Part shown: piece by piece, positions 13,061-21,836 of the stretch | Layout of the letters: each line of letters begins with the position of its first letter | Numbering within the stretch: the stretch's first letter is position 1 | Assembly: GCA_963665325.3 (NCBI GenBank) | Contig: OZ224045.1 | Span: 1,952,001-2,016,000 of the forward strand | From: Alphaproteobacteria bacterium | GTDB taxonomy: Bacteria > Pseudomonadota > Alphaproteobacteria > Bin95 | DNA: 64,000 nt | Reading direction: 5' to 3' | Made by a program: the position numbers and the translations under genes | The notes under the pieces: generated by a model | Told to the model about the DNA's origin: nothing | Databases searched by the model: none | What the model saw: only the letters and a program-made list of their open reading frames with translations

Positions 13061-13954
13061 CTACCGCGTCGGGACGGGGTGGTCGCCTGAGTAGTCGTAG
13101 AAGCCGCGGCCGGCCTTGCGTCCGATCCAGCCCGCCTCGACATATTTCACCAGCAGCGGGCAGGGGCGGTATTTGCTGTCGGCGAGTCCGTCATAGAGCA
13201 CCTGCATCACCGCGAGGCAGGTGTCGAGCCCGATGAAATCCGCAAGTTCCAGCGGCCCCATCGGGTGGTTGGCGCCGAGGCGCATGCCGGTGTCGATGGC
13301 ATCGACGGAGCCTACGCCCTCGTAGAGCGTATAGACGGCCTCATTGATCATCGGCAGCAGGATGCGGTTGACGATGAAGGCCGGAAAGTCTTCCGCCGCT
13401 ACCGGCGTCTTGCCGAGGGAGAGCGCGAATTCCTTCACATGCTCGAAGGTATGGTCCTCGGTCGCGATGCCCCGGATCAGTTCGACCAGGGTCATCATCG
13501 GCACCGGGTTCATGAAATGCAGGCCGATGAACCGCTCGGGCCGGTCGGTGGTGGAGGCCAGCCGCGTGATCGAGATCGAGGAGGTGTTGGACGCGACGAT
13601 GGCGCCGTCCGCGAGATGCGGCAGCAGCGCCTTGAAGACCTCGCGTTTCACCGCCTCGTTCTCGGTGGCGGCCTCGATCACGATGTCGCAGTCCCGGAAG
13701 CGGGCATAGTCGGAGCCTGTGTCGATCCGCGCCAGCGCCTCGGCCTTCGCCGCCTCGTCGAACAGGCCCCGGCGCAATTGCCGGTCCATGTTGCCTCCGA
13801 TGACGTCGAGGCTGCGTTCCAGCGCCGCCTCCTGCACATCGACCAGCCGCACATCGAAGCCGGAAAGCGCCGCGACATGCGCGATGCCGCTGCCCATCTG
13901 CCCCGCGCCTATGACGCCGACCGTGCGGATGCGGTTGTCGAGGCCCCTCGGCAT
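13061..13954 (-). CDS. hbd: 3-hydroxybutyryl-CoA dehydrogenase
   Basis: GAGQMGSGIA, ASNTSS, GLHFMNPVP, FIVNRIL, GANHPMGP; likely start MPRG at 13954. Confidence 0.93.
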   Translation of the reverse strand: MPRGLDNRIRTVGVIGAGQMGSGIAHVAALSGFDVRLVDVQEAALERSLDVIGGNMDRQLRRGLFDEAAKAEALARIDTGSDYARFRDCDIVIEAATENEAVKREVFKALLPHLADGAIVASNTSSISITRLASTTDRPERFIGLHFMNPVPMMTLVELIRGIATEDHTFEHVKEFALSLGKTPVAAEDFPAFIVNRILLPMINEAVYTLYEGVGSVDAIDTGMRLGANHPMGPLELADFIGLDTCLAVMQVLYDGLADSKYRPCPLLVKYVEAGWIGRKAGRGFYDYSGDHPVPTR

Positions 13955-13959
13955 GGCGG

Positions 13960-14913
13960 TCAATCGTTTTCCGCCTTGTATTCGGTGACCGCCTGGGTGA
14001 GTTCCGGCACCGCCTTGAACAGGTCGGCGACGAGCCCGTAATCGGCGACCTGGAAGATCGGCGCCTCTTCGTCCTTGTTGATGGCGACGATCACCCGGCT
14101 GTCCTTCATGCCGGCGAGATGCTGGATGGCGCCCGAAATGCCGACGGCGATGTAGAGCTCCGGCGCAACCACCTTGCCCGTCTGCCCGACCTGGTAGTCG
14201 TTCGGCACATAGCCCGCATCGACCGCGGCGCGCGAAGCTCCGACCGCCGCGCCCAGCTGGTCGGCCAGGGCTTCCAGGATGTTGAAGTTCTCGCCGGAGC
14301 CCATGCCGCGCCCGCCGGACACGACGATGCCGGCGGTGGTGAGTTCCGGACGCTCGGACTTGGTGAGCTCTCGCCCGACGAAGCTGGAAAGCCCGACGCT
14401 GCCGGCGCCGGACGCCGGCTCGACAGGAGCGGACCCGCCCTCGGCAGGGGCCGCATCGAACGCCGTCATACGCACGGTGATGAGCTTGACCGGGTCGCCG
14501 GACTGCACCTTCGCCATGGCGTTGCCCGCATAGATGGGCCGCACGAAGGTATCCGCCGACACGACTTCCGTGATGTCCGAAATCTGGGCGACGTCGAGCA
14601 GAGCCGCCGCTCGGGGCAGGATGTTCTTGCCGTTGGCGGTGGCCGGCGCGAGCACATGGCTGTAGTTGCCGGCGATATCGACCACGAGCTTCGCGACATT
14701 CTCCGCGAGCGCGTGTTCGTAAGCCCCGTCCTCGGCAATGAGCACCTTGGCGACGCCTGCTACCTGGGCGGCCGCCTCGGCCGCGGAGCCGCAACCCTGT
14801 CCGGCCACCAGCACATGCACGTCGGCGTCGATCTCGGCCGCTGCGGCGACGGCGTTGCGGGTGGCCGCTTTCAAGGTGGCGTTGTCGTGTTCGGCAATGA
14901 CGAGAACGCTCAT
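13960..14913 (-). CDS. etfA: electron transfer flavoprotein alpha subunit
   Basis: [36 protein letters not shown]. Confidence 0.97.
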   Translation of the reverse strand: MSVLVIAEHDNATLKAATRNAVAAAAEIDADVHVLVAGQGCGSAAEAAAQVAGVAKVLIAEDGAYEHALAENVAKLVVDIAGNYSHVLAPATANGKNILPRAAALLDVAQISDITEVVSADTFVRPIYAGNAMAKVQSGDPVKLITVRMTAFDAAPAEGGSAPVEPASGAGSVGLSSFVGRELTKSERPELTTAGIVVSGGRGMGSGENFNILEALADQLGAAVGASRAAVDAGYVPNDYQVGQTGKVVAPELYIAVGISGAIQHLAGMKDSRVIVAINKDEEAPIFQVADYGLVADLFKAVPELTQAVTEYKAEND

Positions 14914-14917
14914 GGGG

Positions 14918-15667
14918 TCAGATCACCTTCGCTTCGGTGGAGAGCTTCTGCACGAGCTCCTCGACGGTCTCGACCTTCACGCCGCCGGCGCGCTTCTCCG
15001 GTTCGCCGACATGCAGCACCTTGAGGCGCGGCGCGGTGTCGACGCCGAGGTCGGCCGGCTCGAAGCGGTCGATGGGCTTGCGCTTCGCCTTCATGATGTT
15101 GGGCAGGGAGGCGTAGCGCGGCTCGTTGAGGCGCAGGTCCACCGTCACCACCGTCGGCAGCGTGACCTCGACCGTTTCCAGCCCGCCATCGACCTCGCGC
15201 GTCACCTTGGCCTTGTCGCCATCTATCGCGACCTCGGAGGCGAAGGTCGCCTGCGACCAGCCGAGCAGGGCGGAGAGCATCTGGCCCGTCTGGTTGCAGT
15301 CGTCGTCGATGGCCTGCTTGCCGAGAATGACCATCCCCGGCTCTTCCTTCTCGCAGATCGCCTTGAGCATCTTGGCGACGGCGAGCGGCTCGACCTCGTC
15401 CTCGGTCGTCACCAGGATACCCCGGTCCGCGCCCATGGCGAGCGCCGTGCGGATCGTCTCCTGGCACTGCTGCACGCCGATGGAGACCGCAACGATTTCC
15501 TCGGCGGAGCCGTTTTCCTTCATGCGGATCGCCTGTTCGACGGAGATCTCGTCGAACGGGTTCATCGACATCTTCACATTCCGGGTCTCGACGCCGGTGC
15601 CGTCCGGCTTCACCCGGATCTTCACATTGTAGTCGATGACGCGCTTGACGGGGACGAGGACCTTCAA
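14918..15667 (-). CDS. etfB: electron transfer flavoprotein beta subunit
   Basis: TTG start after GGAGG; [43 protein letters not shown]. Confidence 0.97.
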   Translation of the reverse strand: MKVLVPVKRVIDYNVKIRVKPDGTGVETRNVKMSMNPFDEISVEQAIRMKENGSAEEIVAVSIGVQQCQETIRTALAMGADRGILVTTEDEVEPLAVAKMLKAICEKEEPGMVILGKQAIDDDCNQTGQMLSALLGWSQATFASEVAIDGDKAKVTREVDGGLETVEVTLPTVVTVDLRLNEPRYASLPNIMKAKRKPIDRFEPADLGVDTAPRLKVLHVGEPEKRAGGVKVETVEELVQKLSTEAKVI

Positions 15668-15779
15668 GGGGACCTCCGCAGGCTCTGGTTGAAGGGCAAG
15701 GGCGGCTTTTAGGGTTGCGGTGCCGGGCAAGTCAAGCGGCGCGGGGCATTTTGCGGTGCAGCAATCCGCCGCGCCGAGG

Positions 15780-16643
15780 TCAGGCGTGCCCGGCCCCCGG
15801 CAGGTCCTCGGGCCAGATGGCGGCGGGCCCCGTGCCGGGCCAGCCGATGGGGCCGCCGGCCTTCATGGCGGACTCCACCGGCGCGATGCGCTTGTCCCAG
15901 AGCGCGGCGATGATCCGGCGCCCGCTAAAGCCGTCCGAAATCTCGGAGGCGAGGAACCGGACGGGCGGGGCCATCACCAAGGGGGAGAGCAGGGCGTCCC
16001 TGTCCGGCGCGCTCTCCTCCGTCACCATGGGCGTGTCGGTCGGCCCGCCGGGCGTGAGCACATTCACGGTGATGCCGCTGCCCTCCAGCTCGCCCGCGAA
16101 CTGGGCCGACATCGCCTCCAGCGCCGCCTTCGATGCGCCATAGGGAAAGAACTGCGGCCGCAGCATTGTCGAGAGCGAGGTGGTGACATTGACGATCCGG
16201 CCCCAGCCGCGCTCGCGCATGAAGGAAACGGCGGCCTGCATGAAGACGAAGGGCGCGGTGGTATGGACGGCAAGAAAACGGCGCCAGTCCTCCGGCGAAA
16301 CCTCGCTGAACCCGGCGAGGGGGCGAAGGTGGTAGTCGGGGCGCAGCGTGCTCATGCCGATGCCGGCATTGTTGATGAGGATGTCCAGCCGCCCGAAACG
16401 CTCCGCCGCGCGTCCTGCGGCTTCCGCGCAGGCTTCCTCGTCGGTGAGGTCCAGCGCCAGCGGCAGCACGACGCCGTCGCCGTGCTTCTGCCAGAGGCGG
16501 TTCGTCAGCGCCTGGAGGCGTTCCTCGTCCCGGTCCACCAGCGCCAGCCGATGCCCGTCACCCGCAAGCGCCTCCGCCATCGCCGTGCCGAGGCCGCCGG
16601 CAGCGCCCGTCAGCAATACGGTCTTCGCGAAGGACGGGCTCAC
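15780..16643 (-). CDS. SDR oxidoreductase
   Basis: [17 protein letters not shown]; GTGA overlap with the TauD stop. Confidence 0.88.
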   Translation of the reverse strand: MSPSFAKTVLLTGAAGGLGTAMAEALAGDGHRLALVDRDEERLQALTNRLWQKHGDGVVLPLALDLTDEEACAEAAGRAAERFGRLDILINNAGIGMSTLRPDYHLRPLAGFSEVSPEDWRRFLAVHTTAPFVFMQAAVSFMRERGWGRIVNVTTSLSTMLRPQFFPYGASKAALEAMSAQFAGELEGSGITVNVLTPGGPTDTPMVTEESAPDRDALLSPLVMAPPVRFLASEISDGFSGRRIIAALWDKRIAPVESAMKAGGPIGWPGTGPAAIWPEDLPGAGHA

Positions 16644-17488
16644 GCAGGCCGTTCCCCGTATGAGATGGTGCGCAGCATGATCCGGCGTTCGTCGGGCGCG
16701 TAGTCGCCGGCGCCGCGGTGCATGGTGGCGCGCTCGTCCCACATCACCACATCTCCGGGCCGCCAGCGATGATGATAGACGAACTCGTCCTTCGTGGCGT
16801 GGTCCAGCAGGCCGTTCAGCAGCGTCTCGCCTTCCTCGCCCTCGATCTCGACGAACCCGAAGGTGTGGATGGAGTTGACATAGAGCATCTTGCGCCCGCT
16901 TTCGGGATGCGTCCGCACGACCGGATGATGCACCTCCGGCAGGTCCCCCTTCTGGAAGTCCTTGAGCGGCACGGTCGCGTTGCCGCCGGGACCGGCGGCG
17001 TAGAGATGGCGCCCGGTCAGGCCGCCGATACGCTCCCGCGTCTCGTCCGGCAGCGTCTCATAGGCGCGGATCATGTTGCAGAACATCGTGCCGCCGCCCT
17101 TGGAGGGGATTTCCTTGGCGTGCAGGATCGCGACCGCCGGCGGACGCTCCTCGAAGGTGCCGTCGGAATGCCAGGTCGTGGCGCGCTTGTAGCCGAGTGC
17201 GTCGAGGGAGCCGTCCTTCTTCACATTGGTGAGCCAGGAGACTTCCGGCACCTCCTCATGGCGGTAGTCGATCAGCACATGGAGCTGGAGCGGCCCGAAG
17301 CGCCGGCCGACCGCGGCCACCTTGTGCGCGTCGAGGTCCTGGCCGCGGAACACCAGCACCGGGTTCTGCCAGAAATGCTCCTTGATTTCGCCGAAGACCT
17401 CGTCGGAAATCGGGGCCGAAAGATCGACACCCGTCACTTCAAGGCCGAGCGCGTCGCCGAGAGGGCGGGTTGCGAGTTGTTGCGTCAT
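16640..17488 (-). CDS. TauD/TfdA 2-oxoglutarate-dependent dioxygenase
   Basis: WHSDGT, GGGTMFCNM, HPVVRTHPE, WDERATMHR. Confidence 0.92.
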   Translation of the reverse strand: MTQQLATRPLGDALGLEVTGVDLSAPISDEVFGEIKEHFWQNPVLVFRGQDLDAHKVAAVGRRFGPLQLHVLIDYRHEEVPEVSWLTNVKKDGSLDALGYKRATTWHSDGTFEERPPAVAILHAKEIPSKGGGTMFCNMIRAYETLPDETRERIGGLTGRHLYAAGPGGNATVPLKDFQKGDLPEVHHPVVRTHPESGRKMLYVNSIHTFGFVEIEGEEGETLLNGLLDHATKDEFVYHHRWRPGDVVMWDERATMHRGAGDYAPDERRIMLRTISYGERPA

Positions 17489-17536
17489 GTCCTGCCTCTA
17501 TGCTGTCCCTTTTGCTGCTTTCCTGATCGGGTGCCC

Positions 17537-18235
17537 TCAGGCGAAACCCGCCGAGGCGCTCATCGCAATGGTCCCCTCCGGCGTCACTGCCCAGACCTCG
17601 CAGCCGTCTTCGGTCGGCTTGCCGACCAGGCGCACGGGCCCATCGATGAAGAGCGGCGCCCGCGCCCGCATGTCGAAGGAGGTCATCCGCTTCGGCGCCA
17701 TGCAGTCGCGGGCGAAGTTCATCAGGTAGCTTTGCGAGAGCGGCCCGTGGACGACCAGCGCCGGATAGCCCTCCACCTCCTTGGCCCAAACGGCGTCGTA
17801 ATGGATGCGGTGGGCGTTGAAGGTGAGCGCCGAGAAGCGGAAGAGGGTGACTTCGTCCGGGCGCTCTTCCGCCTTCCAGACGGTGTCATCCGGCGGCGCG
17901 GCGCGCTTCGGCGCGCTGTTGGCGGCGCCGGCGGGCGTCTCCTCTCGATAGACCGTGTCGCGCTGCTCCACCACGGCGAGGCCGCGCGGCGTGGAGATGC
18001 GGCTTTCGACCGTCGCAAAGGCGAGGCGGCCGGTGCTGCCGTCCTTGACGGTCAGGTCCACAAGCTCCGTCTCCCGGTGCAGACGGTCGCCGACGCGGAT
18101 CGGTTCGTGGAAGGCGAGGCGGGTGCCGGCGTACATGCGGCGCGGAAAGGGCATTTCCGGAACCACGCCGGAGGAGGCGGGCGCCCCGTCGGCCCCGAGC
18201 TCTGCCTGCTCGAAGCGCGGCAGGAAATAGAGCAT
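17537..18235 (-). pseudogene. MaoC/HTD2-like (itaconyl/mesaconyl-CoA hydratase-type) gene, probably 5'-truncated at the island junction
   Basis: RRMYAG, LFRFSALTFNAHRIHYD, LVVHGPL present; the usual N-terminal ~50 aa before LYFLP is not recognisable. Confidence 0.65.
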
Positions 18236-18335
18236 ATTCCGACCACCACAGCTTTCCCGGCAGGAACGCATGGGAGGGAAGCTGTTGGATTCGCCGCACG
18301 TTGTCAACAGGCCGTCATCGGCGCGTGTCGGAAGC

Positions 18336-20018
18336 ATGCTGCTTTCGCTGTCGCTGGGTGCTGTGCTGCTTGGCGGCTGCGGCTGGTTCGACCAGGCCGA
18401 GGTCGCGCGGGATGCGGCGTCGGTAGAGACCCGGCTGGGTTCGGTCGGCTCGCTGAAGCCGGACAGGCCCGGCTTCCGCTCTCTCACGCAATCCAGGGAC
18501 CCCTATCTGGCGTTGCGGCCGGTGGCGGAGGATCGTTCGCTCCTGCCCGAGGACCTGCGCTCGGAGACCGGGATCGTGGTCACGCTCGGCGACGAGCCGG
18601 GCGACGAGGTTCTGGCGCGGCGGATATCGGATGCGGCCGGGATCGGGGTCCGCCTGGCCGGCGTCCGCTGGCAACGGCCAGGCGACGAGGCCGGGACGCT
18701 GGAAGCGCCGGCCGAGAGCGTGCGCGTGGACTGGCTCTCGTCCTGGTCCGACGAGCTGGCGGGCGAGGCCGGCGTATGGTCGGGTCCGCTGGACCGGCTG
18801 CTGGATGCCTGGACGCAGGCTGCGGGCTACCGGTGGCAATATGACGACGAGGTGGCGCTGGTCGAGGTCGTACGGTCCGAGACGCGCATCTTCGGCGTTC
18901 ACGCCCTGCTCGGCAGCCAGAAATACAATGTGACCACGACGACGGTCGGCGCCGGCGGCGAAGCCACGTCCGGGTCCTCGTCGCAGTCGATCTCCTCGGA
19001 GATGACCTACGACCCCTGGCAGGAGATCGGGCCGCAGGCGGTCGCGGCGGCGGGCGCGGAAGGGACGGTCTCGATTTCGGCGGCGTCCGCGACGGTGACG
19101 GCGACCGGCCTGCCCCGGGCGGTCGAGCGGGTGCGGGCGTATCTGGAGCATGTGAACCGTCATGTGCTGCGGCCGGTGACGCTCTCGGTGCATCTCTACT
19201 CGGTGCGCTTCGACAAGGGCTCGGACTACGAAGTGGGGCTGACGGGCATCCTGCCGGAGGCGTTCGGGTCCAACTTCGCGGTCGGCGTCGACGGCGGCAC
19301 GATTTCCGTGGTGAGGCCGACATCGGTCGGGGCCTCGTCCCTGCGCGCGACGGTGAATGCTCTGAGGAAGGTCGGCACGGCCTCGCGGGTGCTGTCGGTG
19401 GACGTGCCGACGCTGAACGGCCGCCCGGCGCAGTTCTACGACCTGTTCGACCAGGCCTATCTGCAGCAGGTCAGCACCACGATCGAGGACGGCGTGCGGG
19501 CGGTGGAGCTGACGCCGGGCACGGTATCCTCGGGCTTCGGGCTCAGCTTCGTCGCGCGGATCGTGGCGCCGGACGAGGTTCTGGCGCGCATTACGGCCAC
19601 CATTCAGGACCGTCCGGAGTTCGCGGCCTTCGGGGCTGCGGGCAACCAGATCCAGCTTCCTTCTGGCGGTCGGCGCGCGATCGTGGTGACACAGCGCATC
19701 GCGAGGGGCGAGACGCTCCTCCTCACGGGCTTCCGCGACCGGTCGTCCTCGGGCGAGCGGTCGGGCACGTTCCATCCGGCGGTGCCGCTGCCGGAGGGCG
19801 GCGCGGATGCGGCCATCGCGCGTATCGAGACGGCTCTGCTGGTGACGGCCGATATCGGGACGCCGCTCGGCATATCGGAGCGGAGGCTCGGCACGGGGTT
19901 CCCGGCCGGCGGTCCGGTCGCCAAGGTCGAGAGCGGCAATGCGGCCCCGGCGGACCCGGCCCTCCAGGATGCAGTCTCTCCGGCGGCAGGCGGCGCGGCC
20001 CGGGAGGCTGGCGGATGA
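18336..20018 (+). CDS. pilN: type IVb pilus lipoprotein secretin (PilN/BfpB-like)
   Basis: lipobox LGGC; TLNGRPAQ..AYLQQV..ELTPGTVSSGF..IQLP..GETLLLTGF secretin C-domain (ORF open from 18270). Confidence 0.85.
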   Translation: MLLSLSLGAVLLGGCGWFDQAEVARDAASVETRLGSVGSLKPDRPGFRSLTQSRDPYLALRPVAEDRSLLPEDLRSETGIVVTLGDEPGDEVLARRISDAAGIGVRLAGVRWQRPGDEAGTLEAPAESVRVDWLSSWSDELAGEAGVWSGPLDRLLDAWTQAAGYRWQYDDEVALVEVVRSETRIFGVHALLGSQKYNVTTTTVGAGGEATSGSSSQSISSEMTYDPWQEIGPQAVAAAGAEGTVSISAASATVTATGLPRAVERVRAYLEHVNRHVLRPVTLSVHLYSVRFDKGSDYEVGLTGILPEAFGSNFAVGVDGGTISVVRPTSVGASSLRATVNALRKVGTASRVLSVDVPTLNGRPAQFYDLFDQAYLQQVSTTIEDGVRAVELTPGTVSSGFGLSFVARIVAPDEVLARITATIQDRPEFAAFGAAGNQIQLPSGGRRAIVVTQRIARGETLLLTGFRDRSSSGERSGTFHPAVPLPEGGADAAIARIETALLVTADIGTPLGISERRLGTGFPAGGPVAKVESGNAAPADPALQDAVSPAAGGAAREAGG

Positions 20019-21310
20019 GTGTGCTTGTCGTCGGCGGTCACCGTTTCGCGGCCGGTCTCGATTGGGAGCGGGAGGTCCTGCGCGGGGGCAAGGCGGCGAA
20101 GGCGGCGCGCGACCGGGGCCATCGCTGGACGGTCGAGCTCGGCGGGCAGACGGGGTTCCTCGGCGACATAGAGAACCCCGGCGGCCTGGCGCCGCTGGCG
20201 GGCGCGCTCGTGGAGTATGTGCGCAAGCGCCCGGAGGGCAGGTCGCCCTGGACGGCGTTCATCGAGGAGGACGGCGAGGGCGATGGGCCGAAGCGGGTCG
20301 GGGTGGTGCGCAGTTCGGGCGGCGCGATCCTTCCCGGGGGCGACGGCGTGTTTGCGTCGGCCCCGGATGCGCAGAGGGCGCTCGGGACGGGCGCCACCCA
20401 GGGCGTTCGCATTCTCGCCACGCCGGGCCTGGCGGAGCTGTTCGAGGAAGCGGCGACCGTCGAGCCGTCGAGCATCGCGGCTGCCGCCAAGGACCTGCCG
20501 GTCCTGGCCGAGGCGCCGAAGGGGAGCCTGTCGAAGGCCGCGGCCTGGGCGGCGGCGCTGCTGCTTGTTGTCGGCGGGGCGGCATATGCGGGCCTGTTCC
20601 ACTATGACGACATTCTGGAGCTGGCCGGATACGGGAAGAAGGAACCGGAGGCGCCGCCGACGGTCGAGGCGGTTGTGGTGACGCCGGCGTTCCTGCGCTC
20701 CTGCCAGGCGGGCTGGGACGGCCTCAGGGTGCGCATGGCGGGGTTCGACCGGCGGGCCGTGGTCTGCCATCCGAGGTTTGCCGGGAGCGAGACGGGCGCC
20801 TCGCCGGGCTTCCTGATGGGCCGGCCCGTTCTGGAGGTCCGTTGGGAGCTCAGGAAAGGCCTCGACCCGCGCGTCTACGAACCGATGGCCCGGGACATGC
20901 TGAGCGGTTGGGCGAAGGCGTTCATCGACGACAACGGCGCATCGGTTGCGCTTGTCGCGCTGCCTTCGGTGCTCGAGCAGCACGACCCGGAGGCCGGCCA
21001 CGCGCTGGAGCCGGAACAGTTCCGGGACCTTCTGGACCGGACGCTGGCGCTCCGGGGCTTCGATATCGAATACACGGAGTTCGGCGCGGACGCCGAAGCG
21101 CTGCTCGGCACCGGCAGGCCGCTCAGGGAAGCGGTGGCGATGCTGTCCGCCATGAAGGGCGTCGAGGTCGCCTCGGTCTCCTGGAGCGAAGAGGGCGGCT
21201 GGCGGTTCGGCGTCAGGCGGACCCGATCATTCATGATGCTGGAGAGCGAGTTCGACGCGCTGCGCCAGGCGGGCGCGGCGGCGGATCGCGCAACGGGGAG
21301 GTCCGGATGA
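20015..21310 (+). CDS. type IVb pilus accessory protein (PilO2-like)
   Basis: FAAGLDW N-terminal motif, ILPGGDGVF, central TM helix; ATGA-coupled to pilN. Confidence 0.7.
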   Translation: MSVLVVGGHRFAAGLDWEREVLRGGKAAKAARDRGHRWTVELGGQTGFLGDIENPGGLAPLAGALVEYVRKRPEGRSPWTAFIEEDGEGDGPKRVGVVRSSGGAILPGGDGVFASAPDAQRALGTGATQGVRILATPGLAELFEEAATVEPSSIAAAAKDLPVLAEAPKGSLSKAAAWAAALLLVVGGAAYAGLFHYDDILELAGYGKKEPEAPPTVEAVVVTPAFLRSCQAGWDGLRVRMAGFDRRAVVCHPRFAGSETGASPGFLMGRPVLEVRWELRKGLDPRVYEPMARDMLSGWAKAFIDDNGASVALVALPSVLEQHDPEAGHALEPEQFRDLLDRTLALRGFDIEYTEFGADAEALLGTGRPLREAVAMLSAMKGVEVASVSWSEEGGWRFGVRRTRSFMMLESEFDALRQAGAAADRATGRSG

Positions 21311-21365
21311 TGCGCCCGGGAGCTCCGATCCTCTTGACGGCTGCCGTCGTGCCGGGCCCTGCGGG

Positions 21366-21779
21366 TCAGGGCAGGTATTTGATGGCGAAGACGGCGAGGC
21401 AGGTGAGCGCGGCCATGGCGGCGAAGAAGCGCCAGAACAGCCGGCCCATGCGCCGGTCGGTCTCGGCTGCGGTCTCGTTGAGGCGGTGCTCGGTCGCGTT
21501 GAACTGCCGGAGGACAGATTCGATGCGCCGGTCGGATTTCGCGAAGCGTTCCATGAGCCGCTTTTCGCTGGCGGCGATATTGCGGTCGGTCGCGGCGCCG
21601 GCTTCGAGCAGGGTGGTCCGGAGCGCGTCGAGAGCGGCTTCGATCTCGGCCCCGTTCACCGGCTCGCCGGCAGCGGCGGCGGCGTGGAGCTGGAGGGCGA
21701 CCGCCCGGGCCTTCTGCGGCTCTATCCCGGCGTCCGCGAGCGTGCCGGCTGCGGCGACAATATCGAACGGCTCGGCCAT
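21366..21779 (-). CDS. DUF1640-like coiled-coil protein with C-terminal TM helix
   Basis: FDIVAAAGTLADAGIEPQKARA..coiled coil..FFAAMAALTCLAVFAIKYLP. Confidence 0.65.
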   Translation of the reverse strand: MAEPFDIVAAAGTLADAGIEPQKARAVALQLHAAAAAGEPVNGAEIEAALDALRTTLLEAGAATDRNIAASEKRLMERFAKSDRRIESVLRQFNATEHRLNETAAETDRRMGRLFWRFFAAMAALTCLAVFAIKYLP

Positions 21780-21836
21780 GGCGGCGTCCTGTGCTGCGGG
21801 GCGGGTCCGGGGCGGACCGGCGGGAGAGCGGACATT

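Noticed and set aside
13061-14794. 577-aa ORF as an etfA-hbd fusion
   Set aside because: The upstream part is an off-frame read of etfA; hbd starts at 13954
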